Shown piece by piece: positions 63,001 through 64,000 of a stretch of 64,000 nucleotides of DNA; the stretch's first letter is position 1; each line of letters begins with the position of its first letter. The stretch is taken from the NCBI GenBank assembly GCA_023247725.1, contig JAHFFW010000002.1:64160-128159 (forward strand), written 5' to 3'. The position numbers and the translations under genes are program-made. This DNA comes from Candidatus Omnitrophota bacterium (lineage in GTDB: Bacteria > Omnitrophota > Gorgyraeia > Zapsychrales > JAHFFX01). The notes under the pieces were generated by a model that searched no databases, was not told where the DNA came from, and saw nothing but the letters and a program-made list of their open reading frames with translations.

Positions 63001-63998
63001 TCAATCTTCCGGGCCACGGCGAATTTGTGGTGGACCAGGAAGGTGTGGCGCAGAAGCAGGTGAATACCCGAGCAAGTGCCGAAAGAAATCCGGCACAGCC
63101 GCAAAATAAACCTTCCCCCACCTCGGCCAAAGAAATCGTGTTGGCAATTATCTTGGGAATTGCGCTCATTCTCGCCTGGAATAGTTTCAAGAAAATAAAG
63201 CGGACGTACTGGATTAAGAGAATCAAAGAACTCCTGGCGCAAGCAAGAGGAGCGCTTACGGAGGGCAAATGGCCGGAAGCTGGAAAAGCCTTGAAAAAAT
63301 TGGAAGACAACAACGCGGTTCAGGATATGGAACCAGAGCAAAAGGAGGAAGTCCAATCCCTTCAAGAAGAATGGAATAGACAGAAAAAGGAAAAAGAGGA
63401 AGAGCAATTGGGTGCCCGAATACCTCCCGAAATTCTGGGCAGAATGTCGCCTGAGTTTCTGGCCCGGCATATCCGTGCCCGTTTCCATGAACGCATTAAG
63501 GCTAACGATGCCGATAAAAATCTAGACCCCGATGAAGCCAAGCATCAATTACGAGTAGTTCAAGAAGAATTGATTGAAGACTTAATGCATTCGGTCATGC
63601 TGGATGTCAGTTTGTTGGCCAAGGCGGCCGTCAAGATTTTGGAGGAATTTCTCAAGGCCGAGGAAGCCCAAAAAGACAATCGAGCCAACTCGTGGGCGGG
63701 CGAGACGATTTTTGAGGCTATTCGACGGAAGGCAGAGACCTTGATGGCCCAAGGCGAGATCGTAAGAGCACGGATGAATCCCGGCGAGAAATTAGCGGAC
63801 GGAGATTTGATTATCATTGATCGTCGTGACGGCATGAGGTTGATTTTCGGCGAGCATGCCTTTGGAGAAAACGACGTGCATCCCTATGCCTATGACCTCG
63901 GAGGAGGCGGACGGCAAACGATTAATCCACAGGATATTGACCATGGCCTGATTGATAAACTGGTCAAACCTAAGTCGGCGAAGAGTGAAAAGCCGGTG
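3..63998 (+). CDS. Giant multidomain protein, partial at both ends (at least 21,332 aa; frame +3 open across the window)
   Basis: Frame +3 reads KQGSASESSHPPEEVDKYDTNVNPNPITFGDANRLW... at the left edge and ...VKPKSAKSEKPV at the right edge. Every stretch I translated by hand (several dozen, across the window) was stop-free. The ORF track has no + strand ORF in this frame, as expected if it contains no stop codon. Recognisable domains all fall in this frame. Confidence 0.95.
2022..2753 (+). repeat. Three copies of a 19-aa motif PSDA(E/Q)QDxSPxAxxxAxQK in the giant protein
   Basis: Copies at about 2022-2078, 2502-2558 and 2697-2753 (e.g. ccttccgacgccgagcaggatgagtctccccaggcggtcaaaatcgctaagcaaaaa). 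Confidence 0.85.
6560..9150 (+). other. Long Gly/Ala-rich hydrophobic helical block (multi-pass membrane or translocation-type region) of the giant protein
   Basis: Many hydrophobic segments, e.g. GFIVWIVADAATILFKGFGWSLVA, MDGLVYLLGWSFLG, LLGAGLATATVASSVGLAYGGFSMA, LFGYGVMLLGLSTPGVM. Confidence 0.7.
11591..12868 (+). repeat. 63-bp direct repeats (62/63 identical) flanking the M48 peptidase module
   Basis: ctccgccagccccgccgttgacggggcca(a/g)cgtcactgaccatcaacaaaagattgccttaag at 11591-11653 and 12806-12868; weaker similarity extends upstream (from 11472 and 12621). Confidence 0.9.
11880..12370 (+). other. M48-family (HtpX/Ste24-like) zinc metallopeptidase domain within the giant protein
   Basis: VVMAHEFGH at 12018-12032, downstream third-ligand motif ELQAD at 12144-12158, then a late H..R (FHIVTRV); matches the M48 HExxH...ExxAD...H..R pattern. 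Confidence 0.75.
13507..13614 (-). CDS. Nested antisense small membrane peptide B1 (35 aa, one TM, His-rich tail): MANIPAFFWLAVVLMLIVVWIKIGDYRSRSHKHHH
   Basis: ATG lies 1 nt after the TGA of gene A1, with AAGGAG upstream. A clear paralog lies at 29500-29604 in the same arrangement. Confidence 0.75.
   Translation of the reverse strand: MANIPAFFWLAVVLMLIVVWIKIGDYRSRSHKHHH
13616..13822 (-). CDS. Nested antisense small membrane protein A1 (68 aa, about two TM): MASEAKFFSKSRREKFGAALLDIFKGG...LSILPKGDD
   Basis: Paralogous to 29606-29821 (shared F.KS/SFRR..G.ALLDIFK.G...GD.L.K...LP.KG.D). Preceded by a consensus sigma70 promoter. Tentative resemblance to DUF6722-like small proteins (not verified). 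Confidence 0.78.
   Translation of the reverse strand: MASEAKFFSKSRREKFGAALLDIFKGGCITLMVGDFLAKIPPMGWAFIVVGLVGLLFGALSILPKGDD
13833..13861 (-). promoter_or_regulatory. Antisense sigma70 promoter TTGACA-N17-TATAGT (extended -10 TGn), 10 nt before the A1 ATG
   Basis: Minus strand reads TTGACA gagctcgcgctctgtgc TATAGT ccctactgtc ATG; identical geometry at the paralogous locus. Confidence 0.75.
13947..14000 (+). other. Internal twin-arginine (Tat)-like motif FSRRSFLKGAMGAAL
   Basis: Exact S-R-R-x-F-L-K consensus at 13950-13970, shortly after a DAAS linker. Confidence 0.55.
17910..18450 (+). other. Clan CD-like (caspase/CPD/CHAT/DUF4347-like) His-Cys cysteine protease domain
   Basis: DFIDFGAHG (His 18135-18137) and RVLLESCFTGKG (Cys 18264-18266), each after a hydrophobic beta-strand; this is the typical HG...xC spacing of the caspase-hemoglobinase fold. 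Confidence 0.6.
19530..19740 (+). repeat. Three tandem ~27-28 aa Pro/Thr/Glu-rich repeats (VEPIHSPIGTELxAPTAPDSS)
   Basis: gtggaacccatccattccccgatcggtacagagttaacggcgccaacggc and two diverged copies at about 81-84 bp period. Confidence 0.9.
22363..24566 (+). repeat. Identical 50-bp direct repeats, associated with an internally duplicated helical module
   Basis: ccccaaccgacggcaacggcgcgggtgaaaatggttccggcgcccggacg at 22363-22412 and 24517-24566. Segments ~22440-22800 and ~24030-24470 are similar (LRQLDKIDPNSSL vs LRERLNTIDPDGSL; GNPFSEDLI vs GTPFSDEMI). Confidence 0.85.
26070..26465 (+). other. TPR-like repeats (further TPR-like segments near 20340-20550 and 23600-23900)
   Basis: GHPEIAIEDFRQALSL, GRLREAIEYFREAVDLDPGE, DHGRAAKFFEEAVRHAPDN: typical TPR A..F..A..LDP pattern. 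Confidence 0.7.
29500..29604 (-). CDS. Nested antisense small membrane peptide B2 (34 aa, not in the ORF track): MLNLPAAFYLILLILGIFVWFLIDQYRSSRHHHH
   Basis: Paralog of B1 (M.N.PA.F.L.......VW..I..YRS..H.HH). ATG lies 1 nt after the TGA of A2, with AAGGAG upstream. Confidence 0.75.
   Translation of the reverse strand: MLNLPAAFYLILLILGIFVWFLIDQYRSSRHHHH
29606..29821 (-). CDS. Nested antisense small membrane protein A2 (71 aa): MEDKSEPKIFTSFRRKVLGTALLDIFKNG...LYVLPRKGED
   Basis: Paralog of A1, with its own promoter and the same phase relative to the giant ORF as A1. Confidence 0.78.
   Translation of the reverse strand: MEDKSEPKIFTSFRRKVLGTALLDIFKNGVLALFIGDALIKFGLLLKLTVVGLLLSSLVVGLYVLPRKGED
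29832..29860 (-). promoter_or_regulatory. Antisense sigma70 promoter TTGACA-N17-TAAATT (extended -10 TGn), 10 nt before the A2 ATG
   Basis: Minus strand reads TTGACA acagtccgatccaatgt TAAATT gttaccgact ATG. The spacer sequence differs from copy 1, while the -35 hexamer, the TA...T -10 core and the spacings are kept. Confidence 0.72.
30150..31270 (+). other. Unknown module with a degenerate zincin motif (IAGEVGH), copy 1; paralog at ~44820-46210
   Basis: FLEKSGLESDPHLKPVADD...LVLSRLIHEL aligns with FLETVGVSKDPQLKQTADE...LTLSRLINDL; RIAADIAR...DHRAFLEEFNKRAD aligns with RIAGDMAR...DHRDFEKEFNRRAD. Confidence 0.7.
31403..31457 (+). repeat. Linker hairpin element with a GUA/GAA internal loop (other copies at 36176-36218 and 50768-50831)
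   Basis: gtccggc-GTA-gccccgct...ctgc GAAA gcag...agcggggc-GAA-gtcggac. The other copies keep gtcc..c-GTA-gcc...ggc-GAA-g...gac with different inner stems. Confidence 0.7.
31560..32000 (+). other. Putative ADP-ribosyltransferase-fold (Tpt1/ART-like) domain
   Basis: RIHFT...LTSIFEKGL...YILVIDIP...LKPEFIIG resembles the H-x-T / SI..GL / (I/L)xPExI pattern of ART-fold proteins. Confidence 0.45.
32270..32800 (+). other. Second putative ART-fold (DarT/AbiGi-like) domain
   Basis: LLFHATPSVINLGQMIVDREIVSEAELIRRG...NEVSFS resembles the (Y/F)HxT..NL..I....I.S...VSFS pattern. Confidence 0.4.
35200..35520 (+). other. Gluzincin-type zinc metallopeptidase motif
   Basis: AAVHELGH at 35379-35393 with downstream EGIAETYA from 35484. 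Confidence 0.7.
36300..36560 (+). other. GGDEF-like (diguanylate cyclase-fold) domain, degenerate (RIGGDEH); a second decayed copy near 37430
   Basis: HTDFNRLKNLNDMIGNEGMDFVI corresponds to D.D.FK.IND.YGH..GD.VL; RIGGDEH at 36459-36479; IKLLNTALGYTPADQAL at ~37435. Confidence 0.65.
40200..40420 (+). other. HExxH zinc metallopeptidase-like motif
   Basis: SILGHELGHN at 40263-40277 followed by IEEFGGDLFA. Confidence 0.6.
42780..43330 (+). other. Fic/Doc-like domain with a non-canonical active-site loop
   Basis: IAGRYRT (Fic G.(Y/F)R) and LPFISGNNSMFMNMANGML from 43161, compared with canonical HPFxDGNGRxxR...N..L. Confidence 0.5.
43840..44200 (+). other. Class I SAM-dependent methyltransferase domain (PrmA-like)
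   Basis: LTGKTVLIAGFGDGIQAILAKKKGAKRVIAVDNNAAVLDLARENTRLNG...IDVLVANL; the motif I, acidic motif II and DVLVANL order matches PrmA-type methyltransferases. Confidence 0.8.
47000..47450 (+). other. HPr kinase-like P-loop NTPase domain
   Basis: KGTLIVGGEGSGKSTLTYALVKKGF, with Walker A at 47025-47051 in the G.LI.G..G.GKST...L..G context of HprK-related kinases. Confidence 0.65.
47740..48300 (+). other. Possible CheD/CNF1-like deamidase-fold domain
   Basis: IGIYSQEHVICLLGDI...IVIGHAHI gives a Cys...His pair with CheD-like spacing; weak evidence. Confidence 0.3.
51870..53029 (+). repeat. 107-bp direct repeats (about 101/107 identical) flanking the CheR-like module
   Basis: 51870-51976 and 52923-53029, encoding DAAMAQRRKExSTxSYEPTQxEQxATARHS(D/N)AAMA; a partial third unit follows to ~53090. 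Confidence 0.9.
52270..52860 (+). other. CheR-like protein-glutamate methyltransferase domain
   Basis: TEMFRYP...AVLLGSSNGDDPVTKAL...IDVVGVDISAQAIAKAK...IRFVEASIL...ADAVFINSILYEV...NMKPGAFLFL parallels CheR T.FFR / GCSTGEEPYS / TDID / FCRNVLIYF / LKPGG.LFLG. Confidence 0.72.
55440..55760 (+). other. Peptidoglycan-binding domain (PG_binding_1-like) with an insertion
   Basis: LPTISRGDRGPAVRTLMRIL...VERAIVALQNAFDIREDGDVGPETWSLL. Confidence 0.8.
56400..58330 (+). ncRNA. Candidate large structured RNA overlapping the giant ORF (unknown class; boundaries approximate)
   Basis: Dense helices with G-U pairs and GNRA/UNCG loops on the + strand: 56563-56597, 56772-56789 (GCAA), 57138-57190 (GUAA), long-range 57007-57017 with 57201-57211, 57768-57804 (GGAA), 58060-58118, and 58160-58187 (perfect 12 bp, UACG). 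AGUA/GAA motifs are frequent and codon usage shifts abruptly. Confidence 0.55.
58364..58621 (+). CDS. Possible nested same-strand 85-aa ORF in frame +2 (MDKNIRFDHF..., contains CLFC)
   Basis: Perfect AAGGAGG at 58351-58357, 6 nt before the ATG, directly after the structured RNA segment; no recognised family. Confidence 0.35.
   Translation: MDKNIRFDHFVEFTKNDCLFCAGRQPGSKRRSLYLIVNHTGRVYERHFNSWRLVDSDAESHIRREAESAKLGGVPCYVTHSHFSN
60960..62230 (+). other. Multi-TM region containing an M50 (site-2 protease-like) intramembrane metalloprotease
   Basis: LSVVLLIARHEYGH (61218-61232) at the end of a TM helix, FVALGGPLFNIL (~61437-61454), then PNLIL...TSDAAH; matches M50 HExGH / AGPxxN / N...xDG. Further TM helices follow to ~62230. 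Confidence 0.75.
62230..62620 (+). other. Pro/Ala/Thr/Gln-rich low-complexity stalk after the last TM helix of the M50 block
   Basis: PRAPPPGGTTTPTPAAAQPPAPATQTTPTTPAPAAQSS... Confidence 0.7.
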
Positions 63999-64000
63999 AA

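Noticed and set aside
378-63835. The many 60-270 aa minus-strand and frame +1 ORFs in the track
   Set aside because: They are shadow ORFs of the giant gene, with unnatural composition and no RBS/promoter or paralog support. The exceptions are the 13.5-13.9 kb and 29.5-29.9 kb cassettes and possibly 58364-58621.
1-64000. Alternative genetic code or non-coding DNA as the explanation for the lack of long ORF calls
   Set aside because: Frame +3 showed no TAA, TAG or TGA wherever read; the caller simply had no stop to close the ORF.

Overview
The whole 64 kb window is the interior of a single giant protein-coding gene on the + strand (frame +3, 3..63998, at least 21,332 codons, no start or stop inside the window). 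This explains why the ORF track shows only short ORFs and none in frame +3. The product looks like a modular polyprotein. It has an N-proximal extracellular-looking region, a large hydrophobic helical block, and then many enzyme-like modules: M48, gluzincin and M50 zinc peptidases, a clan-CD-like His/Cys protease, ADP-ribosyltransferase-like, GGDEF-like, Fic-like, PrmA-like and CheR-like methyltransferase, HPr-kinase-like P-loop, peptidoglycan-binding and TPR modules. The modules are separated by linkers carrying a recurring D-[SAG]-A-[QMSK] motif, internal Tat/Sec-like signal sequences and DNA repeats. The architecture resembles giant genes of Omnitrophota-type bacteria (inference). Further layers are hidden inside the giant ORF. 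(1) Two paralogous antisense two-gene operons for small membrane proteins, each with its own TTGACA-N17 sigma70 promoter, at 13.5-13.9 kb and 29.5-29.9 kb. (2) A ~1.9 kb densely base-paired RNA-like segment at 56.4-58.3 kb, followed by an out-of-frame ORF with a perfect Shine-Dalgarno. All domain calls come from motif recognition by eye, not from database searches.
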